Notes: generated from the letters alone by a model not told the origin. DNA of 64,000 nt from Paraspadella gotoi (GCA_051294375.1 CM119264.1:3780381-3844380); one strand, 5' to 3'; shown: positions 50,408-64,000, numbered from the stretch's first letter. Numbers and translations are program-made.

Positions 50408-52094
50408 ATGTCCGAAAACATTGAAGTAAAACGGTTGGTGTTTTCCATCATGAAATTCTTGCACAATCAGCGAGCCAATCATTCTGGCGAAACTTTGGAA
50501 CAAATCGAAGTCGCCCAGCAGGTAAGGATACTGGTAAATGTTAAGTTTCAGCCAAACTTTCTTTTATTTTCTCTCCACTTGACCCCGCCGACGCCAATGC
50601 TCAGTTTCTCGAAAGTGCCTATGGATTCACGCTGGACGATTCTGACGCGGCGGCTCAGCTCGACGTCGCCCGGGATCTGCTGGACATTTTCGTGGAGGCG
50701 GTGGGCGGGGCAGAGTCGGAGGCGACGACGGAGGACGAGGAGACTCGAAAGGCCAAAGCCGAAGAGAAGAAGGCTAAAGGCAACGAACTCATGAAGCAGG
50801 AAAAGTACTCGGAGGCCCTCGCTGCTTACACGGAGGCCATCTCTCTGCACAACAAGAACGCCGTCTACTTTTGCAACCGCGCCGCGTCGCACAGCAAGTT
50901 GGGAAATCACCAGAAGGCCATCGACGATTGCGTGAGCGCCATTGAGATCGACCCCACCTACAGCAAGGCCTTCGGGAGGATGGGGTGAGTGGGTCCTTTG
51001 CGAGTTAGTTTATTCGATGTTCGGTTCGGTGTTTAGTTTCCTTTTGGGGCGAAAGCCCGGGTTTACAATTTTAATTTTTTCCTTTTTTTTTTCTTATTTT
51101 TTTCATTGAGTACACTTTGGGTACGAGATGGGTACACTTTTTGCTGATTTTGAAATAATTGTAAACCTGGCCTTCCTTGTCAATAGAATCCCTTCGTAGT
51201 GACGTAATATCACTACCCGTTGGATAGGACCGTTCCTTCCATCAGCACCGTAATAGCGCACAGGGCTAACGCTTCATCTCCAAACCCAATAGTCCCGGGT
51301 TCTAGCCCAGGTCGCAACGGTCCTTGCAAAAGAGTGACGGGCCGGTTAAACCACCGGTAGACCCACTGGGCACTCTAAATGTGGGGGCTATCCACCCTCT
51401 CAGAGAGGCGTCTCCTCTCGGTCTCTTCACCTTCTCATTTTAATTTTGTTGCTTGCTGGCGGACGAGTCTCAGGATGATTGGAAATATTTTTTTTGCTAT
51501 TACTATTATTTATTCCTAACTATTTAACTTTCATGTTAATTATTTTTAAAATAATGTTTCTTAAATCACAGTCTAGCCTACTCGGCACTGGGTCAACACG
51601 ACGAAGCGTTGAAGCGGTACAAGCGAGCCTTGGAACTGGATCCCATCAACGAGTCATACAAGAACAATCTCAGGATCGCCGAGGAGAAGAACAGGGAAGG
51701 CGCGCCCGCCAACCCGCTCGGCAACTCGCCCCTCGCTAACCTCGCCAACATGTTCGGAGGCGGAGGCGGAGGCCCCGGCGGCATGCCACCTGGCATGCCC
51801 GACATGACGTCCCTGCTTGCCAACCCGCAGCTGATGACCATGGCCACGCAGATGATGCAGAACCCTGAAGTACAGAACCTCATGTCGAGCCTGATGACCG
51901 GAGCCGCGGGCGGACCCGAGGCGGGCAACATGGACCATCTCCTTCGAGCCGGGCACGATCTCGCTCAGCAGCTGCACTCGACTAATCCGGAGCTCGTGGA
52001 TCAATTGCGGCAGATGGGCGCGGGAGCGGGAGCTGGGGCGGCTGGGCAGGACGAAGAAGCGGACGAGGAGGGTGATAAGGACAAAGCATCTTGA
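50408..52094 (+). CDS. SGTA: Small glutamine-rich TPR co-chaperone, 3 exons
   Basis: N-terminal dimerisation domain (KRLVFSIMKFL..EQIEVAQQFLESAYG), three TPRs (KAKGNELMK..AVYFCNRAA..DPTYSKAFGRMG..ALELDP) and an M/Q-rich C-terminus (NPELVDQLR). Confidence 0.95.
51244..51435 (+). mobile_element. tRNA-derived SINE in SGTA intron 2
   Basis: A-box-like TAGCGCACAGGG and B-box-like GGTTCTAGCC are followed by a GC-rich body with small hairpins. Confidence 0.55.
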
Positions 52095-52099
52095 TTTGG

Positions 52100-52141
<42 letters not shown>

Positions 52142-52383
52142 CGGGCGCGGAGTATATCTTGGATAATGCGCGATTTTTTTCTTGGTTGTAAACCCGATGT
52201 CGAGTTGATATTTTAACGTAAGCTGTTGAAATTCAAGGTAAAGGAGTTGATTGATTTATTGATTGATTAATTTACATTCTTATTAGGCTTGTATTAAAGC
52301 TAAATATGTGTATCATCTTGACCGGTTTGTTCAAAGAAAGATGTTTAACAGATTTTTTAAAATTTATTTATTGAATAATTAGC

Positions 52384-52838
52384 TAGATTAGAAGTAATAT
52401 TTAAGTTTGTTTATCATCACTTTTTTCAACTTTCATACTGTAACCATTACTAGGATCACGAACTACTTTGAGAAGTCTTTTTGCCAATTTTTTTGCATTT
52501 AAGCTGCAGATCGCTAGTTAAGAATTTAAATTTGATATTGTTAAAAATATGCTTCAGCTTCTTGAGCTGGTTCAATCAGTTCATGATAAAAATATCGAGG
52601 TTCATTTGTTTAGATTAGAAGTAATATTTAAGTTTGTTTATCATCACTTTTTTCAACTTTCATACTGTAACCATTACTAGGATCACGAACTACTTCGAGA
52701 AGTCTTTTTGCCAATTTTTTTGCATTTAAGCTGCAGATTGTTAGTTAAGAATTTAAATTTGATATTGTTAAAAATATGCTTCAGCTTCTTGAGCTGGTTC
52801 GATCAGTTCATGATAAAAATATCGAGGTTCATTTGTTT
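52384..52838. repeat. 227-bp tandem duplication upstream of the TauD-like gene
   Basis: Two units begin tagattagaagtaat at 52384 and 52611 and differ by a few substitutions. Confidence 0.9.
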
Positions 52839-52900
52839 ACAAATCACTGCCTCTGATTTTGAGACAGATTACTGTGAAATTGTGAATCCTGCGATCTAAC

Positions 52901-54418
52901 ATGACTTCTAAACGAATTTACGATCTAGAAATACGTCACACTGGCGCTCTGGTCAGAGGGCTCGATATCGCTTCCCAGTTGAACCAATCGGTAAAAGTTA
53001 TTTATCATTTTCCTGTTCTTATTAATAACAATCGTAAAAAATATTAAATATATACAAAACTTAGTAGATAATACTGAATGTTTCTAAAACATATTTTACT
53101 AAAAGGTGGTTCAAAGTTTAAAGGAAGATTTAAGGAAGCACGGCTTGTTGATTTTCAAAAACCAAAAGATTTCGCCGGATAAACAAATCGAGTTTTCGGA
53201 ATTTTTCGGTGAACTTTACGTGTTGCCGAAACCCAATCAAACTGGTAATAGTAAGAATGCTATGAAAATAACAGTTTGTGAATGTGGTTCGTGAGTATGA
53301 AGACCCTTGACCTGAGTTTAAAATTTAAATCTCCGTCTGATCGAGAGACCGCGTTTCGAACGACGTTTACGTCCACTCTCGCTCTCCGCATCCCGCCATT
53401 TTCTGCGTCTCCAACGACGCGCGTTTCGGGTCCACGGGCGTCGGAACCGCAGGATGGCACAATGACGGACTCGTTTTCGAAAAGCCATTCGCTCATTCCA
53501 TTTATCACATGGTGAGAGGGCGAGTGACTTTTCATTCAAAGTATTAATCGCCGAGGAAAAAAATAATGGCCAAGGAAAAAATTCCCGTCAGGTGTCAGTA
53601 CCGTCCTCCGACGGAGGCGCCACGTGTTTCGCCGACTTACGTCGCGCCGTACTGTCGATCACAGACGGGGAGAGGGCGTGGCTTTCTCGCATTTATCTCC
53701 GTAACGTCGGGGTCTGGGTGACGCATCCTTTGATCTACCCTCATCCCGAAACTGGCGATGAAGTTTTCTGTTTGGGTCTCGGTTCGTGGGATGGACTGGG
53801 GGTTCACAAGAAGGTCTACTGTCGGGACCCGGATGGAGGAGATCAGTTGACTGAGGTCATTGGAGATGTGAAGATTTGTAAAGCTCAAATTTAATTTTTA
53901 TAAAGTACCAGTCGCTAAACTAACTTTAACAAACCTCCTCCTATAATGAATGACCTTGACTTCTCTAGGACGAAATGAGCTATTTGGAAAAGCGTCTTAT
54001 AACTTTACTCGATGACGAAAAAATAAAATACGATCATCGATGGGAGGCGGACGAGGTAATCGATTCCATAGCCGTATCACGCTTTTATTTTTGACCTGCG
54101 ATGCTATCAGTTGTTCATCATTTGTATTAATAATCAGATCATACTTACGGACAACCTCGCGGTCGCTCACCTCGCATCGAGTGACACTCAAAGGTACGGT
54201 CATGATCACAATGAGTATTAGCGTGGTTTTTTGTGAAAATATTTTAAGCAATAGAAATCTAAAAACCATTAAAAATATTTTGGAAAAATATTTATGCAAA
54301 AAGATTAAATAATAATAGGCCCTCGACGGAAGTTGGTCTGCGCCTTCTCCACAGAACTTCGATTCTTGGCCGTTTTTCTCCGCTCAACTGCAAAAACCGA
54401 GATTATATTGAATACTAA
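52901..54418 (+). CDS. TauD/TfdA-family Fe(II)/2-oxoglutarate dioxygenase, 7 exons
   Basis: The spliced frame reads GALVRGLD..LRKHGLLIFKNQKISPDKQIEFSEFFG..GWHNDG (HxD)..GGATCFAD..HPLIYPHPETG..HRWEADEIILTDNLAVAH (distal His)..RLLHRTSI..Y*. Confidence 0.9.
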
Positions 54419-54439
54419 AAATATCTGAAATTATAAAAC

Positions 54440-54960
54440 TTGGCTTGTGTCTAAGCGCGTAGTGAAAGTTACATACGAAAATTCTAAAAGTCAATTATGC
54501 ACAACATACCATCAGTAACTATTAATTTGTAAAAAAAAAATTAATTTTATATTTTTTTAATTTCGCAGTAAGCTATATTTTATATATAGTACTATCCTTA
54601 TAAAATCGAAAAATTTCAAAATAGGCTTTTTTTTAATTTTAATTGGCAGATTTGAATTCCTCGTCAAAAGTTGACTAAAAGAAAAATATAAAATATTTTA
54701 AAAATTTTTTCAATTAATCGGTTAAAATTAGAAAAACTATATTTCATATATAAAATAATTATTCCAGCTTAAAATATGTTTTTTTTCATTTTTGCCCACT
54801 TCAATGATGAAGAAATTTTTCAGAAAGAGTTATATTTCTTTTTTTATCCAACTCTTTTATGACGAATCCAAAATCTGCAAAAAAATCTTAGAAAACTCAT
54901 TTGAAATTTTAATAATTTCTTGATTTATTACTAGTATAAATATAGCCTACGCATAAAATT
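54440..54960. repeat. Dispersed AT-rich MITE-like repeat, related copy at ~1560-1930
   Basis: Both share the blocks gcgtagtgaaagtt, aatttcgca, gcagatt...aaaagtt and tttgcccactt in the same order. Confidence 0.5.
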
Positions 54961-55263
54961 GTAAAATTTATTATAATTTTTTTTTACATAAATGTTCATT
55001 AATTAAGCTTGTTTCGTTCCTACTTTTCGAATTCTTAAATTAAAGTTAAATTTAAGATATTTTACTACGACTTATTGTGTATTGCTGATATATACTTTTG
55101 TAAATGAAATTCAGTTTTTTACTGACTATGAAATTGTAAATCAAAACAATATAATGTAAGGTGGGCTAATAGTTTTTATTTATGTTAATCTTATGAAATT
55201 CGTACAACCAACTATAAAATAATCCATTCATATTAAATAAATTATGGTGTATGTTGTATGCTA

Positions 55264-58200
55264 ACGGCGGCGTCTTGGAAACTAACACAAGTGGACGGGG
55301 TCCTGATAAATCTTTGCTCATGATTTAAAAATGAGCTTAAAATTCCCGTAAAAGATGGAGCACAGTTAGGTTTGTTGCCATAAGCTTTTGGATATTTTCT
55401 AAAAAACTTTGGCAGAAGGCATCTTTTTGAACAAAATTTTAAATGTGTCTCATGCTTAAAATTACACGCATAGATTGGACTTTTATTTATACATATAAAA
55501 CCCCTTATGGATGCTCTATACTGCTGATAAAATATCAAAAAAAATCCTTTGGATAAATAAAGTTTAATTTGCATAAGTGTGAATTTTAAAATTACTCCTA
55601 ACTCTGTTTTTATTCATTGATATTTTTTTAACCAACATTATATACTAGATAGTAAACTTCAATGAAACATTTTAAAAAAAATATGTTAACGTTTTAATAT
55701 AACTTAATGGTAAAAAAAATAATTTTTAAATCTTGATCTAAAAAGTACTTTATCTATTAAAATAATAAAATTAAATTATATTTTTACTTAGCAATTCATG
55801 TAGCCATGATTAGCTATTCACGTATAATTTTATTTTCTAAAAAGTTAAGCCGTTTTTAAATTAATACGCACCTAGAATCTTGAAAAATGTACGAAAAATG
55901 GTCGTTTTTTAAACCTTATAAAAAACTGACTTAATAATATTTGGTTAAAATCATTTGGTGATATCAAAGTATGTGTCCTGGTGATTCCTGTAGTGTAAAT
56001 AAGATGTTTCAAAATATTCTAAACTGCCCAGCTGTGCAGCAGTATTTACAATGTTTATCATTTTCTTTCTGTTGCTCTCTTGTTTAAAAGAACTTAAATT
56101 AAATGAATCCAGCAATCAAGTTAACTATTATACTTTCTTTATAATCCAAAGAAACGCTCTTTTTTGTCATAGTAGAGCGGGTGTGGATCAAAGGAATTCG
56201 CGGTGCTGACCCTTGGCCCGCCTGGTGGCTAAAGGATACTTCGATGTGGCCATGAGCCCGAGATGCGGCCAAGAAAAAGCACGTCAAAAACAAGGCGGCG
56301 GGAGAGTAGTCCGAGGAACTGGTTTGAGACTTGCCGTCCTCTTTTCTCTAATGGGATCGCGCCTCGGAGATGTTTTCTCTTATCCTTGAGAGATGGTGTT
56401 TTTTGATAATTAACAAACTAATTTTTTATTTATCTTCACCAACGAGATGTTAAATACAAAAATGGGAGAACATGTTTTCGATTAATGTAAGTCTTCCTCA
56501 GCGCCAAATTAGTATTTGGTAAAAAAAGATCTTTTTGGAGAAAAAGAGAGGTGTGAGAGGGATGTGAGAGACGAGAAAAGAGAGAGAGAACATAAAGCTT
56601 TCCAAAAAAGAATTGAGAAAGGACATTAGGCTGAGGACAACTGAAAGTAAGGACAGATGAGAGTGAGAGAGAGTGAAAAGTAAAGAAAAACTTTAAGTAA
56701 AGGAAAATATTTTAAGGTCAAAATATAAATTTTGCAATGTAAAAATAACATTGAAAATTTAAAGAGTAAAAAACTGTGAATTAAATAATTGACTAAGGTA
56801 CATAAATTTAAGTAAAATTTGAAATGGAATTGAGCTTAAATAAAAAAAACTGTTTCACTAATTTCTTATGATTTTTTTCTTTATAATTCAATGCTAAATG
56901 CAAGATGTATTAATAAATCAAATAATTAATCAGTTTAATTAATCAATTAGTAAAATTAATCATCAGTCAATTAAACCCAATTATCCAATCCAATCAATCA
57001 AGTCACATCAATGCATCGTCCGTCAGTCCGTCCATCTGTCCGTCCCGTCCGTACGTCCCCTTCCCACCTTGCAAAAAAATCTCGTACGTTGGATGGTTTG
57101 ATTGGAATCTGAAGTCTTTGTTTGTGGAGTAATGAAAGTGTGTGATTGACGCTATTATAAAGATTTGTTTGAATCGTGCCTGAGGGGAAATCGATTTAAA
57201 TGGAAAAAAACAAAAGTCAATATTTAACTCTGAAGTATTTTATTTATTTTACTTATAATTATTATAATTTTTTAAAAATTGCGCCCTAGATAATTGAATT
57301 TCAAGTTTTGATTGTGTGAGTAGGAAGTATGCTATTCAAGCTAGAATAAATTTTTGAATGAAATCGTACGATCACCTTTTCGCAACTTCTTTTTCCTGTA
57401 CTGAAAGACATTTGTCGTCTTGAACCCCCAGCACCTTCTCCTGCGCCATCGTGACTTCACTCGCCAGCACTGGCCAATAATGGATCGATATTTTATCTCT
57501 CATGGCTTAGAAACCTTCTATTATTAAATCACAACTTTTACCGTTAGCCCTTTTGTTAACTAGACAAAAAGATCAACCAGTAAATAGTTAGCTGATCCAC
57601 CATTTTAATTCTATCTGTTTACTTGGAAACATCTTAAAGGAGATCATTATGGAACAAGCTATTAATCATTTACTATCGTTTAATCGAATCACTCTTTATT
57701 TATTCGTTTAATTAACTGATTAATTAATCGCTTTTTTATTGCATTGTTGTTTGCATATAGATATTATTATGGTCATTACAGGAGAAACGAAACCAAAAGG
57801 TGGAAATCGAATGGAACCGGATCAAAGACTCGGGAAAAATCACCAAAATGAATCAAGCCCTCTGCTTGGTCGAGACCAAATGGGCATCGGCCAACTAAGC
57901 GCCCAATAGGCGTATTTTACCCCACGTCCTCTCTCCCCACTTGTATGTATAACATACGCCCTGTACAGAATTTCCGTACTCTGAGCATTTCTGGTCCAAA
58001 ATTGACTCCCTCTTTCTGATTGTTATTCTTAGACATTGTGGTATAATCCTTTCTTTCGTTGTGTAATAATTATTAGAAAAGTTTGAAATTGAATTTCAAC
58101 AACGATTTTATTTTTAACTAAACAACGGACAAATGTTTCGGCTTAACTAAAAGCAATTCATCAGCATTTAAAAAGTTAGTGATTGAAACAAATTATGTCA

Positions 58201-61200
58201 TAAAGAAAGAGTGAGAGAGAGAGAGAGAGAGGGCAACGTTTCCACACAGAGTTGGAGAAGGGATAGTGGTCAACTCTGTTGAGGACAGATTAAGGTGAAA
58301 CAAATAGAGCCAAGTTTGTGACCACTATCCCTTATCAACTCTTGTGTTGGAAACTTTGCCCTCTCTCTTCTCTCTCTCTCTCACTCTTTTCTTTATGCAC
58401 AATCAATTTGTTTCAAATCACTAACTTTTTTAAATGCTGATGAAGCTTGTAGTAAGCCGAAACATGTCGTTTTTATTAAAAACTAAAATCGTTGTTGAAA
58501 AATTCATTTCAAACTTTTCTAATGCTTGGTTATTCTAAGCAAATAATTCCACCTTGATTTCAATATCGAAATCCCTGTCTGCTTACTTTAAATCTAACTT
58601 AAGCCTATGGAATATCTATATGCTTTGATATTTTATTAAGGTTTTTAATTTATTAACTAACCAAGCAGTTGGTTATCTTCCATTTTATGACCGAATTTAA
58701 TAAACAGTAATTGACGTCACTAGCGGCAACGTCAGCGCCACTTCAGCTCAATTCTGCAGATGATAGATGAATTGCAGAATCCATTGTAATGTAAGAGATA
58801 CCATTCTTAGAATAATACTAAATGAGAATCCTCAAACCGAGAAAGAATTGACACTTCAGTTGAGTTGAAGTTGCAGAAAACCAAGTCTCTCAACCATGGA
58901 ATTTGCTGTCATAAACGGGAGAACGGTAATGAAATGTATTGTCAACAAGATGAAGATCTTGATAGTGTTGCGCGCAAATAGAATAAAAAATATAAATATC
59001 TTTGGCTTTTATTTTAGAGCTTAACATATTAAAACTATAATGCGGGGCTTCCCTGTATGGTTATTTTCCCACAACCCGATCACTCACTATAGGAGTGGGA
59101 ATCAGGTTATGATTATATATTATTTGTTACTTATTCCTTCAGCTATAGTGCTCCGCGCTGCTTTCTAGTTTTACCTGAGATTTTATTACATACTAAATAA
59201 CTAAATACAAATAGACACAATAATTTATCTTTAATTATTATATTTATTGTTTATTTAATACACTATCAACACTTATACCATTGAAGCAATGGACTTCAGA
59301 GATATGGGCACTCTAACATGAGAGTACTTCCCTTGATCAAGCTCTCAAATCATTAAATGACATAATTAATCTAGTCAAATTATACAAATTATCTATGAAT
59401 CAAATTAACTACTAAACAATATAGAAAAGTAATGTATAAAATCAAATTATGGCTAAAATATTACAGTAAAAAATCAATTGCACTTAAAATGATTTACTAC
59501 TATATTGCAAATGAGATTGATGAAATCTCAATCTCATTTAGGTATTATTCTAAGAAATGTAATCTCTTACAGTAACTTCAATTCAAAGCCATCTACATAT
59601 TTTGTGACCTTTGCGTCCGTCATTTTCGCTGGTCATTTAGTTGTACCTTCTCAGAACCCTCGATACTTGGCGTCGTGAAGTAAACACTAAACACTTTTGT
59701 TAGACAACGTTGCTATGGTGTTAGATGAAGATCAGTACTCTGTTATTTGGATACGCCCAGGGGATCGCCCACTGCTTAACAGAAGAACATCGATTTTTTC
59801 TAACACTCACCGGAGTGACGCTCACTAAGTATGATTAGAAATGAAATGTGAGGAATTAATTATTTGAAAAGATGTAAATTAATGTTTAACAGGTTTTTAA
59901 ACACTTCAATTGGCAATTCATCATCAAATTACGTTATCACTGGTGTTTTTAGCCGTAGATATTTTTTAGTACTAATAAGACCAGTCTTTTTCCATTCTAC
60001 GTCAGCTTTCTTTTAGCCTTCTTTTACCTATGTCAATTCGATCATAAAATCGTTAATCTGAAAAAGATCTGGCTGTATGGAACGTAGTTTTTATGGAATC
60101 CAAGTATTTTCTACTTGAATTTATAGCACTGAAGAGACAGTGATAATTTGTTATGGTTAGTGACAGAACTGTTTCAATATAAAGCAGTCTTCTGAGCTTC
60201 CGGATCAGGCTGAAACACCGTGTTAGCAGCGGGTCGAGTCTCCAACTGTTTTCAAACTCTTTGATCAAAGAGGATACTCAACCATTATTGTTAATATTAT
60301 ATCTCTGACATACATATTTTTTCATCAGATTTAGGGCAAAAAATGTCCTTGGCACGCAGATGAACAAGATTGGTCCCCTATAAAGTAAACAAGGCTTTGC
60401 AGTTGTTTGTTTGCATAATGTGATGAATGCATTGTCTTCATTTCAAAAAAATCATTCGATTTTTCTTTTTTTTTGGATTGTTTGAGAATATTTGGTTCTG
60501 ATAATACATGGAGAGGATAAATAAAAATGAAACTTTGCTCATAGAAAAGGTAACCCAGAGCATTATAACTTTTATTGATACTTGACAATAAAAGAATATT
60601 CGGAGATCACAGCGTTAATGTAATTTTTAATGCGCTATTTTTTTTGACATATGAATTAGATTCATCCCTGAATCTATCCTAATGGAGATGAATGCAATTA
60701 ACTATTTGACATGAGACTGAGAAAAGGCAGGATTTTTAATAGAACGGTTTAACTCAGAAAGTAATAAAAAGAACTGGAAAATTAGTATAAATGAAAAGTG
60801 TAGATATGAAGGAAGCAATTTTTTGGACAACTCATTTTCTTTTGCATGGAACTCTTGTATCTTTTGGTTCGTACATAAATGAGACCATTATATGAATACA
60901 AAAGACAACAAGTGTTTTCGATATATAAGTTTTTATTTTTTTGATTCTTACATTTAAAATGCCGAAAAATAGCTTGGAAAGTTAACCGCAACAATATTTT
61001 TTTCCAATCATGGTAAGCTGCGATATAAGCGTCTCGCAAACAAGATCAATAAAAGATTGACTGAAGTTGCAGATACTGTTACTGCTGCAACTAGAATACG
61101 ATAAAAACCATTTATTTAGATATTAGAAAAATATAGATGCCATATCTTTGTTCGTGCAAGTGATATCATTAATATTTAAATCAGTTTTATAAGGTTTAAA

Positions 61201-61824
61201 ACGACCATTTTTCTCATTTTTCCAAGATTCTAGGTGCTATTAATTAAAAACGGCTTACTTTTAGGAAAAAATAAAATTATATCGGTGAATCAGCTAATCA
61301 GTGGGCTACATAATGCAATAAAAATATAATTTAATTTTATTATTTATAATAAAGTCTTTTTAATCAATAATTTAAAAATTATTTTTTTTACCATTAAGTT
61401 ATATTAAACGTTAAACATGATTTTTTTTAAATGTTCATGAAGTTTACTATCTAGTAGTATAATGTTTTTAAAAATTATCATGAAATAAAACAATTAGGAG
61501 ATATTTTAAAATTCACTACTTTATGCAAATTAACTTTATTATCCAAAGGATTTTTTTGATATTTTATCAGCATATTAGAGCATCCATAAGGGTTTTATAT
61601 GTAAAATAAAGTCATCTATGCTGTAATTTAAGCATGAGACACATTTAAAATTTGTTCAAAAAAGATGCCTTCTGCCAAAATTTTTTTAGAACTATACTCC
61701 AAAAGCTTATGGCAACAAACCTAACTGTGCTCCCATCTTTTACGGGCATTTTAAGCTCATTTTAAATCATGACGCAAGAGTTATCAGACCCCTCCACTGA
61801 GTAGCTTTTCCAAGACGCCGCCGT
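55264..61824. mobile_element. ~6.5-kb element bounded by ~670-bp inverted repeats
   Basis: 55264-~55940 is the reverse complement of ~61170-61824. Termini are acggcggcgtcttggaaa and tttccaagacgccgccgt. No intact ORF lies inside. Confidence 0.75.
58072..58523. mobile_element. Long fold-back palindrome with a hammerhead motif in each arm (copy 3)
   Basis: Inverted arms of ~200 bp (58072-58272 and 58319-58523). The plus strand has CTGATGA-AGCTT(gtagt)AAGCC-GAAA-CATGTC at 58437-58468, and a degenerate antisense copy lies at ~58128-58165. Confidence 0.8.
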
Positions 61825-64000
61825 ATATGTTGGTATGAAATTGGTAACAACATTAATTGAAAAGTTGTCGGTTCTTTCTTGTTTTCTTTATTATTGATTC
61901 CTGCGCACACTAGCTTCGAAAAGTTTCAACTTCAAAAAGGATAAAAAAATAAAAAATAGCAGTCCCAAAAAGGAAATTAGTCTTTGAACGAAAAATTCAT
62001 AGTGTTTTATTTTGAGAGTTTTTGTGTTAAGTCATGAATTAAATTTTTAAGCTTAATTTTTAATTTTTCATTTTAAGTTTTAATTTTAACTTTAATTTCC
62101 ATTTTAAATTTCATGAATTAAATCTTGTTTTCCTTTAATTAAAAAGTAAATTTTTAAGATTCTAGATCCAGTTTACGTAACGTTCACGATAGTAAACATT
62201 GTCATTTTTAAAAATATTTTATTCCAAAAAGAAACGTAAAGATAAAATTACATCGTTATATTGGTTAATAGAGTGGAGCACTGGGGAACATAAATTTTAT
62301 TTGAGTGAACTAACATGGATATTTAGACGTGAGATAGTATGATTCAGGAGTACAAAAAATATTTTTCTTATATTATTTGGGGAACAGTATCATTAATTAC
62401 AATATATTTATAGTAATATCCTTATAAAATCATAAATTTTTAAAATAATTTTTTTATAAATTTTTATAAAAGATTCAGATTTTTTATAAAAAGTTAGATC
62501 AAAAATATAAAATATGTTATTAAAAATTTTAATGTCTTCAACGTCAAAAATGCCAAAAAAGGTCAAATTCTTTAATTTTTTATACTTTGTAGTAGAAACT
62601 ATTATATGATGAAACGTTTTGGTCATTTTTCGCAGCTTTAACCTAAAAATATCATGTAAAGTTTTTCAGTTTTTTCCGGCGAATCCGAAACTGTTCTTAA
62701 AATTAATTTTTTTTAAAAAAATATCTTCATTATTTTTTATTACATATACAAAGGTAGCAAAAAAACATTGTTCCATCGCTCAATCTTTTCATCACTCCAC
62801 CCTATTGGTTAACGGTGAAATAATAATCACAATCCGGCGATCCTTTTGTAGGAGATACTAAAAACTAGACTCGCCAGCGAATTCGACTAAAACGGGCGCG
62901 ATTTTCTTTTATAGCTTCGAGATNNNNNNNNNNNNNNNNNNNNNNNNNNNNNNNNNNNNNNNNNNNNNNNNNNNNNNNNNNNNNNNNNNNNNNNNNNNNN
63001 NNNNNNNNNNNNNNNNNNNNNNNNNNNNNNNNNNNNNNNNNNNNNNNNNNNNNNNNNNNNNNNNNNNNNNNNNNNNNNNNNNNNNNNNNNNNNNNNNNNN
63101 NNNNNNNNNNNNNNNNNNNNNNNNNNNNNNNNNNNNNTCTACGCTTATAAGGCGGATTTGCTATGTACTATACAATAAGTATAGTATACTTGATAGATAT
63201 TAAACGGTTATTTTAATTGACAATTGGAACAAAAAATATTAAAATAAATACAAGCACTATTCCACGTACATTGCACCGAAATCCGCCGCAACCATAATCA
63301 TTATCGTTGCTAAAACTTAATCGGTGGCTTCGTCTCGAAACGGGCCTGATCGAAATTCTAGAAGTCTTACTTCCCTACTTTAAAAACCTGCGGAACGGGT
63401 TGAAGTTATGACTTGGGCGGTGGCAAAGCCACTGACGAACAAAACACGGAACACACGAATTTTCACGAGAACCCAATTATCCAAAACAAAACAAAAAATG
63501 AACTGATTTAATTTTTAGGCTTTTCGTCTATTTAGACGAATCGCTCTTCAACATGTCCGCTTTAATTTGTATATCATTAACGCTAATCGCGCTAACGAGT
63601 GAGTTACATATACTAGATTTTTTTCAAACGCCAAATATATCGAACCCGAAATGGTTTTTTTTTATTGCGTTTTTAGGTGGACACAGCTACAACGCCACCA
63701 ACTACACGGAGCAGCAAAATGTCACTGCACATCCGCATTTTAACTTTTCTGCATTTCAACATTTCGAATTAGATTTTTCCCCAATTATAAAGTAGGCATA
63801 TGTGTGATTAGGATGTACATTATTACCATCTATATCTTTCCAAACTTAAATGTCAAAAAGAGCGACGTGTTTCTATTAAAATTAACATTTCCTACTTAGT
63901 CTATTTTTGCAAAAAAAAAAAAAAAAAAAAAATGTTTGAAATTAAAAGTAAAATCGAAAATTTTTTTTTCAAATTGCGTGGGAGTTTTTTCTTTTTGGGA

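Noticed and set aside
51244-51320. tRNA genes here and at 40865-40935
   Set aside because: A/B boxes are present but there is no convincing acceptor or anticodon stem, so they are called SINE heads instead.

Overview
AT-rich, intron-containing animal (invertebrate) genomic DNA from a draft assembly. It has 25-N gaps, indel-rich segments and several near-identical tandem duplications that look partly artefactual. Genes reconstructed by hand from exons: (1) pieces of a SOCS6/7-type gene, with the SH2 exon on - and the SOCS-box exon on +; (2) a non-alpha nicotinic acetylcholine receptor subunit (-, 29881 down to 10113) whose last intron contains (3) a whole carbohydrate sulfotransferase gene on +; (4) a ~980-aa disordered orphan gene; (5) a C2H2 zinc-finger gene (-); then a tight + strand run of (6) an intronless ankyrin/SOCS-box gene, (7) GIT ArfGAP, (8) SGTA and (9) a TauD-family dioxygenase. 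Repeats include Tc1 derivatives, MITEs, tRNA-derived SINEs, a 2.4-kb insertion whose empty site is also present, a 6.5-kb element with long inverted repeats, and a 39-bp minisatellite. The most striking signal is three separate fold-back palindromes (5986-6148, 49199-49364, 58072-58523). Each carries a minimal type I hammerhead ribozyme of the Penelope-like kind, and two share the same 14-nt-spacer geometry. All calls come from manual reading; no searches were run and the species is not identified.
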